A DNA stretch of 64,000 bases from Paramoeba atlantica (taxonomy: Eukaryota; Protista; Discosea). Position numbers and translations under genes: made by a program. The notes below the pieces were generated by a model that searched no databases, was not told the DNA's origin, and saw nothing but the letters and a program-made list of their open reading frames with translations. This document shows, piece after piece, positions 22,901-33,769 of the stretch; positions within the stretch are counted from its first letter, which is position 1; each line of letters opens with the position of its first letter. The stretch covers positions 62,001 through 126,000 of the forward strand of contig CDRNVI010000025.1 of assembly GCA_977017575.1 (NCBI GenBank), given 5' to 3'.

Positions 22901-23151
22901 GGAGTGTTGTATACTTTGCAAAGAATGACTTTGAAACCATAAGGATGAATACTTTTTAAGTATGTATGTTAAGTATGTACTGTATGTAATTACCGTATGT
23001 AGTAATGTTTGCTTCAGAAAATATATGAGCCTTAGACGGTGAATATGGCTTAATAATTGGGTAAATGAGGATTTGAATTTGTGTCCTGTAATACATCCAT
23101 CCAAAGAATCCTCCGAAGCTTTCTGTATTAGAGAATGTACTGCGATGTCGA

Positions 23152-24231
23152 CTACACAATAATCCAGTTCTTCTCGAAGAGGGACCTCATTTCGTTTGGC
23201 TGCTTGCCCACAAACCAACGGGATGGAGCGATCACGCGTTTTCTAGGGGCTTCGGAGAGATAAGCACCCCACCAGCTAAAAGAGCTGTTTGCTATAATAA
23301 GGTCATGACAGTGAGCCATAGCTGCCATTTCGACGTAGTCTTCTTCATCGCTTAGGGCCACTTGTAGCCCACTAATTGTCTTCATGGCCCCGGATTCGTA
23401 TTTCCACGTGTGAGTGGAAAACATAGAGCGAAGCATAGAGCAGAACAATTCCCCATATATTTTATCACCACTAAAAACAATGATACGTAGAGTGTTGGAC
23501 ACAAAATCGGGTGTATGAAGGAGCTCGCCATAAAGCTGACGTAGCGCTAGGTCGTAATAATTCTGGAACGTTTGAATATGAAACTGCTCTGGAAGCTTCA
23601 TATAGTCTCCACGACGGATATGAATGCCCAGAATGTGGTACGGTAGCTGCGCTTCCGAAGACTCTAATGGAGTCGTGGTCTCACACTTGGAGTTGCACAG
23701 ACGATGAAGAACTTGTAATCCCTGTCTCCGTATCGACACTGGAAACAACAAGCGCGAAATTTGACTATGAAAATCTGAAAAATATGCGGAAGATTGAAAG
23801 AAACCACGAAGCACATGTGTGGAGGATTGCCCTTTTTGCTTCTCTGATAATTGAATTGGTTGCGGAGTCGATTGCTCGGCGATGACATCACATTTGGACA
23901 AATCCATTTCATGTATCGTCGGAGACGTAGGAGAGGGGAGGAGCATCGAAGCTCCGTCGTGTTTGCGAAAATAGTTCGTTTCTGAGAGAGACTCGAATTG
24001 TGTTCGCCAGTACACTGGACGCGGCTCAAAGCAGCTGTCACTGCAGGGATAGTGTGGAATGTAAAGATCAAGTTCGTTTCGTAGCGCTGTAGCAATCCCG
24101 GTGGCAAGTATGAACATTTGATTTCCCAAACCCCCAACAATAGGAGCAACAATTCGAGGACGCGTTGGCGTTTTTTGCGAAAACCGTACATTGGAGCGAG
24201 TATGAAGCGAACGGAAAGAACGGACCAACAT
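23152..24231 (-). CDS. FUT1: GT11 alpha-1,2-fucosyltransferase, FUT1-like, probable mitochondrial presequence
   Basis: GGLGNQMF, GFFQS, HIRRGDY and IIANSSFSWWGAYL GT11 motifs. Start placed at MLVRSFRS (24231). Confidence 0.85.
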   Translation of the reverse strand: MLVRSFRSLHTRSNVRFSQKTPTRPRIVAPIVGGLGNQMFILATGIATALRNELDLYIPHYPCSDSCFEPRPVYWRTQFESLSETNYFRKHDGASMLLPSPTSPTIHEMDLSKCDVIAEQSTPQPIQLSEKQKGQSSTHVLRGFFQSSAYFSDFHSQISRLLFPVSIRRQGLQVLHRLCNSKCETTTPLESSEAQLPYHILGIHIRRGDYMKLPEQFHIQTFQNYYDLALRQLYGELLHTPDFVSNTLRIIVFSGDKIYGELFCSMLRSMFSTHTWKYESGAMKTISGLQVALSDEEDYVEMAAMAHCHDLIIANSSFSWWGAYLSEAPRKRVIAPSRWFVGKQPNEMRSLFEKNWIIV

Positions 24232-24509
24232 GTTTTCCCTCAATATTACTCTTGAAGAACACCTCCGAGAATTCATTCCGTTGAAATCTAGAAAATAACA
24301 CAACACTATCCTACTCTCTTTTGATAACAAACACCAAATACACCCTTAAAAAGGGTTATCTTCTACATTTCTAACCTCCATGTTTCTCCTACAAGCTTTC
24401 ATTCCTTTGACCAAAAGAGGCAAACAAAAGATGAGTACGGTACCCAGTAGTAAATGTTACTGAAAAAAAATCCCTCCCATTTTCACACCCTTCTCCCCCC
24501 CTTTCTCTT

Positions 24510-25598
24510 TCACAACCGCATCAACGCCACCGGAATCGCCTCCGGCGCGTACGCACTCCCCCGCGGGATCACCAAATAGTGCGCCCCGGGGGTTACCTCC
24601 TCCAGGGAGCCCACCCGGCCTCCCGCCACGGTGTACAGCCCCGTGGGGTAGGGGTGCACCCCGGTCGCGCGACACGCCTTGGCCACCAGCTGCCCCATCG
24701 TGCGCACGTCCTGGAGCAGCACGCGGGTGCCGGTGGCACGACGCCGCAGACCCGGCCACACGGTGACCCAGAACGGCCCGTCGGCCTGGGTGCCGAATTT
24801 CTGGACCGGGGCGGCGGTGAACCCACGGGGGTGACTGAGCGCGTGGAACGTGTGGCGGGGAGGGCGAGGGGGTTGTTGTGGGGAAGGGGAAGATTGTTGT
24901 TGGGAAGGGGAAGATTGTTGTTGGGAAGATTGTTGTTGGGATTGGGAAGGTTGTTGTTGTGAAGATTGTTGTTGGTAATGGGAAGACTGTTGTTGGGAGT
25001 GGAATGGGGGTGGAGGTGGGAGGGAATGAGAAGGGGGTGGGAGGGGTTGTTTTGAATGTTGTTGTGGTTGCCATTCCTGTTGTTGTGAAGTTTGCTGTTG
25101 GGAAGGGGAAGGGGGAGGAAGGGAGTGGGAAGGGGATGGGAGGGGATGGGAAATGGGATGTGAAGGAATAAGAGGTTCTGGCTCCGATTCGTGGGGATGG
25201 GATATTGTGCTACTATTGCTGTTATGTGTGGGGAAGTAGGGTACACCTACGTCGGGGGTGGGGTTTTCCGGATCCTGGGTGGAAAAGCAATGGGATAATG
25301 GCGCTGTGGTGTGGGAGAAGGGAGGGGGGTGGGGGGAGTGCTCTTGTGGGGTACATGGTTGGAGAGATTCCCACGCAGCGCTCATGTGGGATCTCCAATG
25401 TGCTTGTTGGGTGAGGAATTCTTGCTTTTGGCGTTCGAGGGTGCGCCGCTCTTCGTCGATTCGCTGTAATCCATCTTGAAGCTTCGCTTCGCGCTCCACG
25501 AAATCTTTCTCTACGTCTCGTATGGCAGTGCGAAAATGAGAGACATACTCGTCTAAAATGGAATAAAGTTTGTTTTCCACGAATCTCGCTTCAGACAT
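24510..25598 (-). CDS. Protein with N-terminal coiled coil, Q/P/S-rich linker and C-terminal ubiquitin-like (DCX/KHA-like) domain
   Basis: Coiled-coil-like N-terminus and low-complexity middle. C-terminal LYTVAGGRVGSLEEVTPGAHYLV resembles beta-grasp DCX/KHA domains (tentative). Confidence 0.5.
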   Translation of the reverse strand: MSEARFVENKLYSILDEYVSHFRTAIRDVEKDFVEREAKLQDGLQRIDEERRTLERQKQEFLTQQAHWRSHMSAAWESLQPCTPQEHSPHPPPFSHTTAPLSHCFSTQDPENPTPDVGVPYFPTHNSNSSTISHPHESEPEPLIPSHPISHPLPSPSHSLPPPSPSQQQTSQQQEWQPQQHSKQPLPPPSHSLPPPPPFHSQQQSSHYQQQSSQQQPSQSQQQSSQQQSSPSQQQSSPSPQQPPRPPRHTFHALSHPRGFTAAPVQKFGTQADGPFWVTVWPGLRRRATGTRVLLQDVRTMGQLVAKACRATGVHPYPTGLYTVAGGRVGSLEEVTPGAHYLVIPRGSAYAPEAIPVALMRL

Positions 25599-26496
25599 AC
25601 CAGAACAAAAAGCAAAAAAGGTACGTTAAAGATAGAATACTTTTGCCTGCGTTTTGAACGAATTTGCTTAAATAAATTATAGTATGGTGACTTTGCAGAA
25701 CTTGACGTGTAGTAATAACTCCATGCATTTCGGTCAATCCGATTGACATCCGTCATAGTACATACAGGGGTGCGGCTCTCTCAAGGGCTTCCCGTGGCGT
25801 ACTGAGCGAGATCACATTCCTCCCCCGCCCATGTCTAAGAGAGTCACCGCATACTTTTTGTGGCGGAAGACGAGCGCACAGGATACTCCGCTGCATGTGG
25901 TCTGTGATGGAAACAGACAAAATATTTGTTCGACTCCGAAATCGACAACAATTAGAAGCCGCTATTGAGGGGCTTTCCTTGAATTGAAACAGACCCACTC
26001 TGCAACGGTCCAGAAAACGGTGAAGAGTTTCAGGAAACGTTATGAAATTGTTATTAGTCGGGACGGGGGGCACTGTGGTTACTAATTACATACCTTTTAG
26101 TTTGCTGGTGTGTTCGCTGTGTTCGCTGGTTCAGTGAACAAAATAGCGAGCACAGCGAACCACTTAACTCGGCTCTTCAGAAGTTGAACTTCAAGATGGT
26201 CGAAAGCGTTACAGAAACTGTATCTCTGGAAGGATTATTCCCTTGCATGCATTAGTTTTCATCACCCAAAAGAATTTTTTTTATTTTTTTTGGCCAGTTA
26301 AGTTCATCGAGTCTTGGCAAAGAAAGAAAGAAACAGCGAAAATTCATCTTAATAAAAAAATCATACAAGCTTTATCAACGATTGCATCGATTTGAGGATC
26401 CAAACGTTTAATATTGCATTGTACGAAAATACATACTGCCATGTTTTCCGGAGACATGCTAGCCTGTCCACTGCAGTACTTACAGTACCGTTAGTA

Positions 26497-26575
26497 CCCC
26501 CTGACTTTGCACCCCCCCCTGACTTTGCACATTTTTCTGTTTTTTAAAATTTCCTGATGTGCAAAGTCACGGGGG
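26497..26575. mobile_element. 79-bp TA-flanked foldback element
   Basis: TA-CCCCCTGACTTTGCAC ... GTGCAAAGTCACGGGGG-TA; related motif at ~27121. Confidence 0.65.
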
Positions 26576-26858
26576 TATCAAAATTTCCAAAAATGCTGAA
26601 AACTTAGATTTGCTAATTTTTTGTAAAAGACATGTAAAATATTTAACCAGCCGTACAAATGTAAATTGCATTGTTTACTTTCTGTCATTTTTAACATTTT
26701 GATTCCTCTTTCTCATTTGGCATTCAATGCCAACTATGTTCGCCAACGATTCTTACCACAGGAACACGTCGTCGTGATTCCGTCAGCTGAAGAAGTCAGT
26801 GCATCCTTGGTTCAGGTTGATACACTACAGCGAGAGAAAGAGGCTGTAAACGAGAAGT

Positions 26859-27105
26859 GTTGTATGTAATACTTCGCACACTGTAACCTTTAAGAGCTTC
26901 AACGATCATGTCAGCCACATGTTCTGACTTTTTGCTGTCAAGTTTATGCAGTTCGGAATGTACTTTTCCGCTCGATGAGGCATAGAAGATATCCGCTGTG
27001 TTTGGCGCCTTCGATAAGATCAGCTTCCCGATCTCCATATCGCTCTCTGTTGTTTATTACCTCAGGGAGTTCGGAAATATCGACACGATTGGGAATACGA
27101 AATTC
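26859..27105 (-). pseudogene. IS30-family transposase remnant (core around first Asp)
   Basis: IPNRVDISELPEVINNRERYGDREADLIEG...LIERKS, a frameshift, then SKKSEHV...VRSITYN. Confidence 0.85.
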
Positions 27106-27804
27106 AAGCCACTTTACACATCCCCTCACTTTGCACAAAAACCTGATTTTACGCTGTTTTCGTCGTGCGAAGTCAGGGAGTACTAACGGTATGTCCCTTG
27201 TTGTACAAGTTTATTATTAGTACAAAGATTTTATGATGAGCAATTCTACATCGCTTCGACGAAGTATGGGCCTTGCTAACCGGACTTCCACAAGAATCAT
27301 CGAAATCTAATACGTTGCAAGGGCTGATGTCCGTTTACAAACCGATCAAGGTATCGTATGCCACGTGGATAGCACGGATTTGGATAGTCGTCTAATGATT
27401 CAAGAGGTGATTCCGTTCTCCGTCGTGGAACGGACGGACGATGGGACGACCGAGCGGCGTTGGTTTATAGCATGGACAACGGCTGATAATATTTCCTTGT
27501 ACTTTGTTGACTTGCTTTCGAAAAGCTTATACATCATTTTCAAAAGGGGGGATGCGTTGACCTGTTCATCGATATTACGCTTTGCAAAACAGCCTTTAAT
27601 CCTTTTCGCCACCCATTCCCCCTCTGCTCCCCCCTTCTCACCTTCTCACCTTCCCTTCATCCCCTCCGCCACCCCCTTCATCGTCTCACCACCCTGTCCC
27701 CCCTACTTCTTGTCTCTATTCCAGAGCTCGATCCTTCGCCTTGTCGTGGCGCTCTGGCTTAACACCTTCGGGTGATCCAAGAAAGGATTACGGGTAATCA
27801 ACTT

Positions 27805-27985
27805 CCTGTAGAGTCGCGCGAGTGTCTTTAGGGCACACTAGGGTGAGCGACGCCCTGTAGAGTCGCGTGAGTGTCTTTAGGGCACACTAGGGTGAGCCAC
27901 GCCCTGTAGAGTCGCGTGAGTGTCTTTAGGGAACACTAGGGTGAGCGACGCCCTGTAGAATCACGTGAGTGTCTTTAGGGCACAC
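27805..27985. repeat. 49-bp tandem repeat, ~3.7 copies
   Basis: Units start at 27805, 27854, 27903 and 27952 (CCTGTAGAGTCGCGTGAGTGTCTTTAGGGCACACTAGGGTGAGCGACGC). Confidence 0.9.
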
Positions 27986-28257
27986 ATTTTTTTTTAATGT
28001 TCTGATGTCTTCCAGTTTACTGGGTGCATCACTTAGCAAGCCGGCGGATCTCGCTGGAATAGAGACAAGAAATGCTTCTAGGCTCAGCTCTGAAGACTAG
28101 AAGCTAACTTCTTGGCTCGTTTTCAGAGTGTAAATCCATCTAATGTATCAGATGATGAAGTAAGCAAGGGGATCTAGGTCCTTCCAGCGCATAATATTGA
28201 GGAAAGCTTTGTCGTGTAGTACTTTCTATAACAATTATCTTCTAAAGTGATCATTCC

Positions 28258-29265
28258 ATGTCTGATTCCGAAACGGACTCAACTGTATTAAATTCCTTGG
28301 AAGGTGAGTACAAGGTCGCTGAGAGGTACGCGATGCTGAAAATAGTGGAGAAGAAAAAGTGGGTCCCATTATTTCAGGCTTCGCATGAAGGTTGGCTCAG
28401 CCAAGCTGACTTCATCCCGGCTATGCTGAAAGCAGTCGGAGAGAACGTACATGAAGCCGAAAAGCTGGAAGTTGTCCGGCTAATTGAGGAGAAGCGGTAC
28501 GAGGACAAGAAAATTTCTGGAAAGCTGCTTCTCGAAATCGCGACGCATTACATCGCTAACAAAAAGGAAGAGGTGGGAGCCGCTAAAGAGGAGAACGTCA
28601 AAGATTCCGGTCCCCAGGAAACGGAAGGAACGCTATCTGCCCTTATAGGCACCTTCTCAATGCCATTTCTATCGGAGACGTTCGTCAACTCAATAGTTCC
28701 CCGCGGAAAAATAGTAGCGAAGCAGGAAACAAAGGTGGCGAACGCAGTGGCTGAAGTGCTCGCGAAAGGCGAGGAGGTAGTTTTGGAGGAGTTAGTGTCG
28801 GGGGGGCCTGGCTCTCTAAAAGAAAAGTGGCTCGTGCCAGGCATACACGTCATGGTTTGGGAGCTACTTGAGAAGGTAGCGGGAAGAGTGATGACCGAGC
28901 TGGCTGCCGATTTGGGGGCCGAGGTTGATTTCACCGGAAAGTCACTCTTACATGGCATCATGGCAGGGGGGAAGAGTGCCTGTTTGGTACGAGAAGCCAT
29001 TCAAAAGAAAGCAAGGATTATGTCCGCAACCGAGAAGCTGCAATCCAAGGCTCGTGTTGCGAAGCACGGGATCTACCGCCCTCAAGGAGGTTCGCCGTTT
29101 ACACCAACGAAACATCACCTGCGGGAGAACGAAGGTATAAAATGTTATAACTGCAAACGGATGGGCCACTTCGCGGCGAGCTGCCGCTACAAGACGTATT
29201 GTTATAAATGTAAGGCTAACGCGGGACATAAGGGTGATGACAAGTCCTGTCCTAAAAATCGATAA
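28258..29265 (+). CDS. Gag-like protein with two CCHC zinc knuckles
   Basis: CYNCKRMGHFAASC and CYKCKANAGHKGDDKSC at the C-terminus. Confidence 0.85.
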   Translation: MSDSETDSTVLNSLEGEYKVAERYAMLKIVEKKKWVPLFQASHEGWLSQADFIPAMLKAVGENVHEAEKLEVVRLIEEKRYEDKKISGKLLLEIATHYIANKKEEVGAAKEENVKDSGPQETEGTLSALIGTFSMPFLSETFVNSIVPRGKIVAKQETKVANAVAEVLAKGEEVVLEELVSGGPGSLKEKWLVPGIHVMVWELLEKVAGRVMTELAADLGAEVDFTGKSLLHGIMAGGKSACLVREAIQKKARIMSATEKLQSKARVAKHGIYRPQGGSPFTPTKHHLRENEGIKCYNCKRMGHFAASCRYKTYCYKCKANAGHKGDDKSCPKNR

Positions 29266-29595
29266 GCTGAAAGGGAGAAAGTTCCTCTGAAGTGAGAAAG
29301 TTTAGAGAGTAAAGAGAGAAAAGATAATGACGCATTTTGTAGATGCAGGAGCGAGATGAATGACGGCAAATAAGTAATAAATTTCTTACTATAAATTACT
29401 ATAAATTCTTATTGTAGACAGTGCTTTTTCCCCTCTTATTGTAAGTAAAGAGGGATCATATTTCGCCTCAGTTGCATTTTAGCCGAACGGTGCCAGAGTT
29501 CTGACCTGATAAAGTAGTAATTCGGGTTTACCTTTGTATGGTAATAGAGTCTCTACTGGTATTATTGTTATTATTATTATTTCTAGCCGTCCAGA

Positions 29596-30522
29596 ATGAA
29601 GGTGTCATTGAGCGAGTTAAAAGAACTCATGACAATACCCGAAAGCAGATCACAGAACAGCGAGGCCCTGGCAAATGCAGCGGTGAAGCCAGCGACTGTC
29701 CGTGAGCGTACAAGAGACTGGGACTCCCTAAAATATATCCTAGACGTCGCTGACGTCCGAGCTGTAAAGATGAATGATTTTTTGGGGGTAATGGAACTTC
29801 TAGCCGAGCAATACAGTCCATCTCGGTTGGAGAAATTCCGGGCTGCCTTGGTCCACAGACAGATTCTGGACCTCCCCGAGGCCGAAAGATGGAGTCGTGA
29901 CGAGCGCTTCAAAATACAATTCAAAGGCCTTTTGGCTAACTGTACCCGGAAGCGAAAGCAAGAAGCAAGAGAAAAATATCAGTCATCAGGCGAGGACGCA
30001 GGAACTAGGGGTGCGATTTTTGGTCAAAGGCTTCGCGAATTGCTGAGGTGGTGTGCGGAACGACAAAAGGGGTTTTACGCCGCTTCCATGAAGATGTGCT
30101 ACGAGGGATTGCTTCGAAGTTCTGAAATTCGGAATCTTCGGAAAAGGGACCTCATAAAGGAGTCGAACGGACGTTGGTATGTCCGCATAGTCGGAGGTAA
30201 ACATCGCTTGGAGGATAAGGTAGAGGTGGTTCACCTCAGAAACACAAATGAACAGCTAGAAAAGATGTGGGAACTCCTACACAGAGGTGATCCAGAGAAC
30301 CATGTATTTCCAAATTGGAGTGCTAAAGAAGCAAATTCGCTCATAAAGGAAGTATCAACAAAATTTTGTTGGGAAGAGGGTCGATTGTGGTCGATGCACT
30401 CGTTGAGGCATGGGAAAGCCGCAGCTTTAAAGTTGCATGGAGTTACAACAGAAGATCGATTGGCACTAGGTCGATGGAGGAGTCAACATATCGAAAAGCA
30501 TTATAGTCGGCACTCTAAATGA
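29596..30522 (+). CDS. Tyrosine recombinase of the retroelement
   Basis: Full catalytic set: LLRSSE (R), GGKH (K), HSLRHG (HxxR), GRW (W), EKHYS (Y). Confidence 0.9.
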   Translation: MKVSLSELKELMTIPESRSQNSEALANAAVKPATVRERTRDWDSLKYILDVADVRAVKMNDFLGVMELLAEQYSPSRLEKFRAALVHRQILDLPEAERWSRDERFKIQFKGLLANCTRKRKQEAREKYQSSGEDAGTRGAIFGQRLRELLRWCAERQKGFYAASMKMCYEGLLRSSEIRNLRKRDLIKESNGRWYVRIVGGKHRLEDKVEVVHLRNTNEQLEKMWELLHRGDPENHVFPNWSAKEANSLIKEVSTKFCWEEGRLWSMHSLRHGKAAALKLHGVTTEDRLALGRWRSQHIEKHYSRHSK

Positions 30523-30681
30523 GAATATGAGAATCTCTATGTAAGGTAAAGTCTCTATATAAAGAGACAAGAACTTATCATAGCATAGTGAATAAGGTGA
30601 ATGATTACTCAACAGGGATGTGCTTAATTTTAGGCTACCATTTTGGACTATTTGACACGTTTCCTTTAAAGAGAAATACTG

Positions 30682-31944
30682 ATGTCTGACGAGCCATCCT
30701 TGCTGATTACTCTAGGTTACAAAATATCAGCCGAAGCTTCCTCGCTTCCCCTGGATCCAATTGCAAAAGTAGGTAACCTGAATCTTAGCCGGTTGCGTCG
30801 GTGGGCCCTCCAGGAGGGTTGCCAATGGGTGAACGAAGCGCTCGAAACCATAAGTTGTAACAAAACGTTTTGCGACTTACTGGAGCCCCGCGGGTCTAGT
30901 AGACAGGTCGATACAAGGAATAATCTGTCCCAAGAAGATCTGAATACCTTAAAAGCGACGAGGCTGATTCGGAAAGCAGCATCGAAGGATGTAATTAGTT
31001 GGGCGAAGATTTTCAAGATCCCGAAAACGAATCTCAACTCACGCTTAATTATAAACGCAATAGACGCAAACGCACAGGCAAACCCACCTCCAGACCTGAT
31101 TTTGCCGCGATTAAAGGAAATCATACGAGAACTGCAAGAACTGGGACCAGCCCATTATATTACCGCCGACCTCCGGCATTGGTTTTTCCAAATACCAATC
31201 TGCGATAATTTCTCCCGCACAATGGGATTGCGAGTCCAGGGTTCGACCTGGATACCATGCGTTCTGCCCATGGGTCACTCCTGGTCAGCCAGCTTGGCTC
31301 ACAGATTATGTTGGGCTATAATCTTGTACCGTCAGGAAAGGGTTATTTCCATGCTGGAAATAGAGCGAACGGACCTTGAACACACACCTAAGATACTTTT
31401 CCTAAAAAACCATCATAAGAATGTAGTAGGACTAATTATGGTGTATTACGATAATGTGGTCATAGCAACAAAGGACCTGGGCTTAGCCAAGCGGTGGGAG
31501 GCACGACTGATAAAGAATGCCCGAGCCCTGGGCGCCATATGGAAAGATCCACAACCCAGAATTTCAAGTGGGAGGGTTACATACCTGGGGGTTGAGTACG
31601 AGTGGGACTGTAATTTCCTTCGGTCCCGCATATCGGAGGAAAAATTCAGCAAGTGGCATTCCCGGATATCACTTTGGAAATTGGCACACGAGGATAAGAT
31701 TAATATTACGGCTAGGGAGGGCGCTCAATGGATATCGAGACTGGTATGGGCAACAAGGGTCGCTAACCTACCCCTACACGAGGCAGACTACGCGTTGAGA
31801 CTTTTAGCCGAGTGGGCACCCGAGACAGAGCTCCGGGGTTGGGAAAGAACTCTGAGCACGGAAGAGACAATAGTCTGGGGGGGATTGACGATCGTCTTTT
31901 CAGTACACTGGGTTCCCGGGAGTGGCACTACGCCCCGATCATAA
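30682..31944 (+). CDS. DIRS-type reverse transcriptase
   Basis: ADLRHWFFQIP, VLPMGHSWS, VYYDNVV and YLG motifs. Confidence 0.9.
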   Translation: MSDEPSLLITLGYKISAEASSLPLDPIAKVGNLNLSRLRRWALQEGCQWVNEALETISCNKTFCDLLEPRGSSRQVDTRNNLSQEDLNTLKATRLIRKAASKDVISWAKIFKIPKTNLNSRLIINAIDANAQANPPPDLILPRLKEIIRELQELGPAHYITADLRHWFFQIPICDNFSRTMGLRVQGSTWIPCVLPMGHSWSASLAHRLCWAIILYRQERVISMLEIERTDLEHTPKILFLKNHHKNVVGLIMVYYDNVVIATKDLGLAKRWEARLIKNARALGAIWKDPQPRISSGRVTYLGVEYEWDCNFLRSRISEEKFSKWHSRISLWKLAHEDKINITAREGAQWISRLVWATRVANLPLHEADYALRLLAEWAPETELRGWERTLSTEETIVWGGLTIVFSVHWVPGSGTTPRS

Positions 31945-32444
31945 ATGACTGCGGAATCACCATCCGTGGCGCCGTCGATGCAGCGCAGTCGACAGGAAAA
32001 GGGGGTCTATTCTTCACAGAAGAGGGGGGTCATTTTGGGACATGGTTCGTAGAGAACGAATCGGGAACTAAGAACAGCGCATTTCACCTCGAGCTTCAAG
32101 CGATTGAGCTCGGGTGTATGCAAGCAGTGCAGGGGAGGGGAACAGACGAGATAAAAAGGGTCATTTTAGGAACCGACTGCCAACCAGCGCGGAGCTCGGT
32201 TACTAATGGATACAGCAGGTCGATGGAGGCAGTGCACCGAATTAAAAACATCTGGAACTTGAAGAGAACGTTCAATTTTTCCTTGGAGCTAAGATGGCTA
32301 CCAGGTAAAGATAATGCGGCAGATCCCATTTCCCGGCGATTGCCCATAGACCCAGAACGCAATATCAATACTTTTGACATCTTAATCCAGAACGTGGATC
32401 TGTCTAAATCATCACGAATGTTTGAGCTCGGTACCGAGATTTAG
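31812..32444 (+). CDS. RNase H domain, frameshifted continuation of the RT ORF
   Basis: VDAA, ELQAI, GTDCQ and WLPGKDNAADPISR (DEDD). The frame change maps to the G7 run at ~31877-31883. Confidence 0.8.
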   Translation: MGTRDRAPGLGKNSEHGRDNSLGGIDDRLFSTLGSREWHYAPIINDCGITIRGAVDAAQSTGKGGLFFTEEGGHFGTWFVENESGTKNSAFHLELQAIELGCMQAVQGRGTDEIKRVILGTDCQPARSSVTNGYSRSMEAVHRIKNIWNLKRTFNFSLELRWLPGKDNAADPISRRLPIDPERNINTFDILIQNVDLSKSSRMFELGTEI

Positions 32445-33449
32445 GATACTGAATTCCACGTTAAACAGATATGACAGCACACCTCGCGCCCAAGGCGGGT
32501 ATACCCGCATTGGCTGCTAGGCGGTGCCGACGCATAGGCCACTTAGTGGTGCTATGCAAAAAAAACAACTAGGGTTGCGCTCCTTCCCACCTTCTTTGAA
32601 GGCGCGCGCAGGACTGTTGGCCCCTCTCGTAGGGATCGCAGGTCAGTGTATTGCTTAGCCTCACTGCGTCTCCGACTCCCGTCCTCGGTGAAGTGCCAGC
32701 CGTGGCTTGCTACGGGTGGCTTGCTCGCCGGTCCGCAAGGACCGGTCGTATGCATCGGAGCAACATCCGAGCCGTCGGGCCCCTCAAGTGGACGGCAGAG
32801 GGCCCATTGCCTGTCAAGGCCAAAAGGGTGCAACAAACAACAACACTTTATGGCCCATTACGAAAAGTACTGAATCACACTCTGTGACTGTCAAACCCAA
32901 AGGTCTCACCAAAAGGCTGTAGTAGGATTAAACAGTTTTTGCGGCCTTATGGACGTCGTCATCAAATTCTTCAAGACGCAAGTCCAGACCGATACCCCGA
33001 AATTCACCTTTCCGAACTGAAGTTTTCGCTCCACTGGAACCCATGCAGACCGCCACTGCCATCCAGTGCCAAATGCTACCAGCCACTGCGAGCCAAAAAC
33101 GTCCTCTCAGAGCCTTTCTCCCTGAAGCCAAACCATCTTGTTACCCGAACATGTAAGTCCTTCATGTCTTGAAGGTACGCTTCAAGGCAATAATAAACAA
33201 ATGTAAACTTTTGCCAGTTTTTGTATCTCTTTCCACCGAAAATACAAACCGCGGTCTCGGTGCGGTCTCGGTCGGAGTACCCGCAGCCCCTCAACTACCG
33301 CGTTTAACGAAGACCCTAAAAAAGAAATTTAATTTCTATATGTCATGTTTCTCAATTTTGTACCATACGCTGACATACTGCCGTACGCTGCCAAACGCTG
33401 CCAGCCACTGCGAGCCAAAACTGCATGGGTTCCACTATATAAAGTATTA

Positions 33450-33769
33450 CCGTGTACCCCCCCAGTAAGAGAATGGGTTTTGGGTCGAAATGGACAAATC
33501 TCTCTTACTGGGGGGGTATGCTTTTTTGGCCAGTTTCCTCTTTTCTCTCAACTTTGACTATTTTTTTGTATTTTTTCTTCGGAAAACGTGTTAAAACGCT
33601 TATTTGGGTTACCCCCGAGGCCCCCAACATGCAGACACCCACCCCCTACCCCCTATGCCCCTCCTGTGGGGCCACCGAGCCGAATCTCTCTTACTGGGGG
33701 GGGGGGTTATCTTACTGGGGGGTTATCTTACTGGGGGGGGGGGTTATCTTACTGGGGGGGGGTATACGG
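33450..33769. mobile_element. TA-flanked MITE with internal TCTTACTGGGGG repeats
   Basis: TA-CCGTGTACCCCCCCAGTAAGA ... TCTTACTGGGGGGGGGTATACGG-TA. Confidence 0.75.

Larger units (their letters stand above)
28258..32830 (+). mobile_element. VIPER-like tyrosine-recombinase retrotransposon (gag - YR - RT/RNase H)
   Basis: Domain order matches kinetoplastid VIPER; termini were not identified, so the bounds are minimal. Confidence 0.85.

Noticed and set aside
26210-26224. 15-nt match (GATACAGTTTCTGTA, minus strand) to the trypanosome spliced-leader core
   Set aside because: The flanks do not match the SL 5' end or the exon/GT boundary, and the match is not repeated; probably chance.
27805-27985. 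49-bp repeat as a CRISPR array
   Set aside because: Units are contiguous with no unique spacers, there are no cas genes, and the context is eukaryotic.
31870-31890. Programmed -1 frameshift between RT and RNase H
   Set aside because: G-GGG-GGA is not a typical slippery site. Similar homopolymer frameshifts elsewhere in the window point to indel error or mutation.
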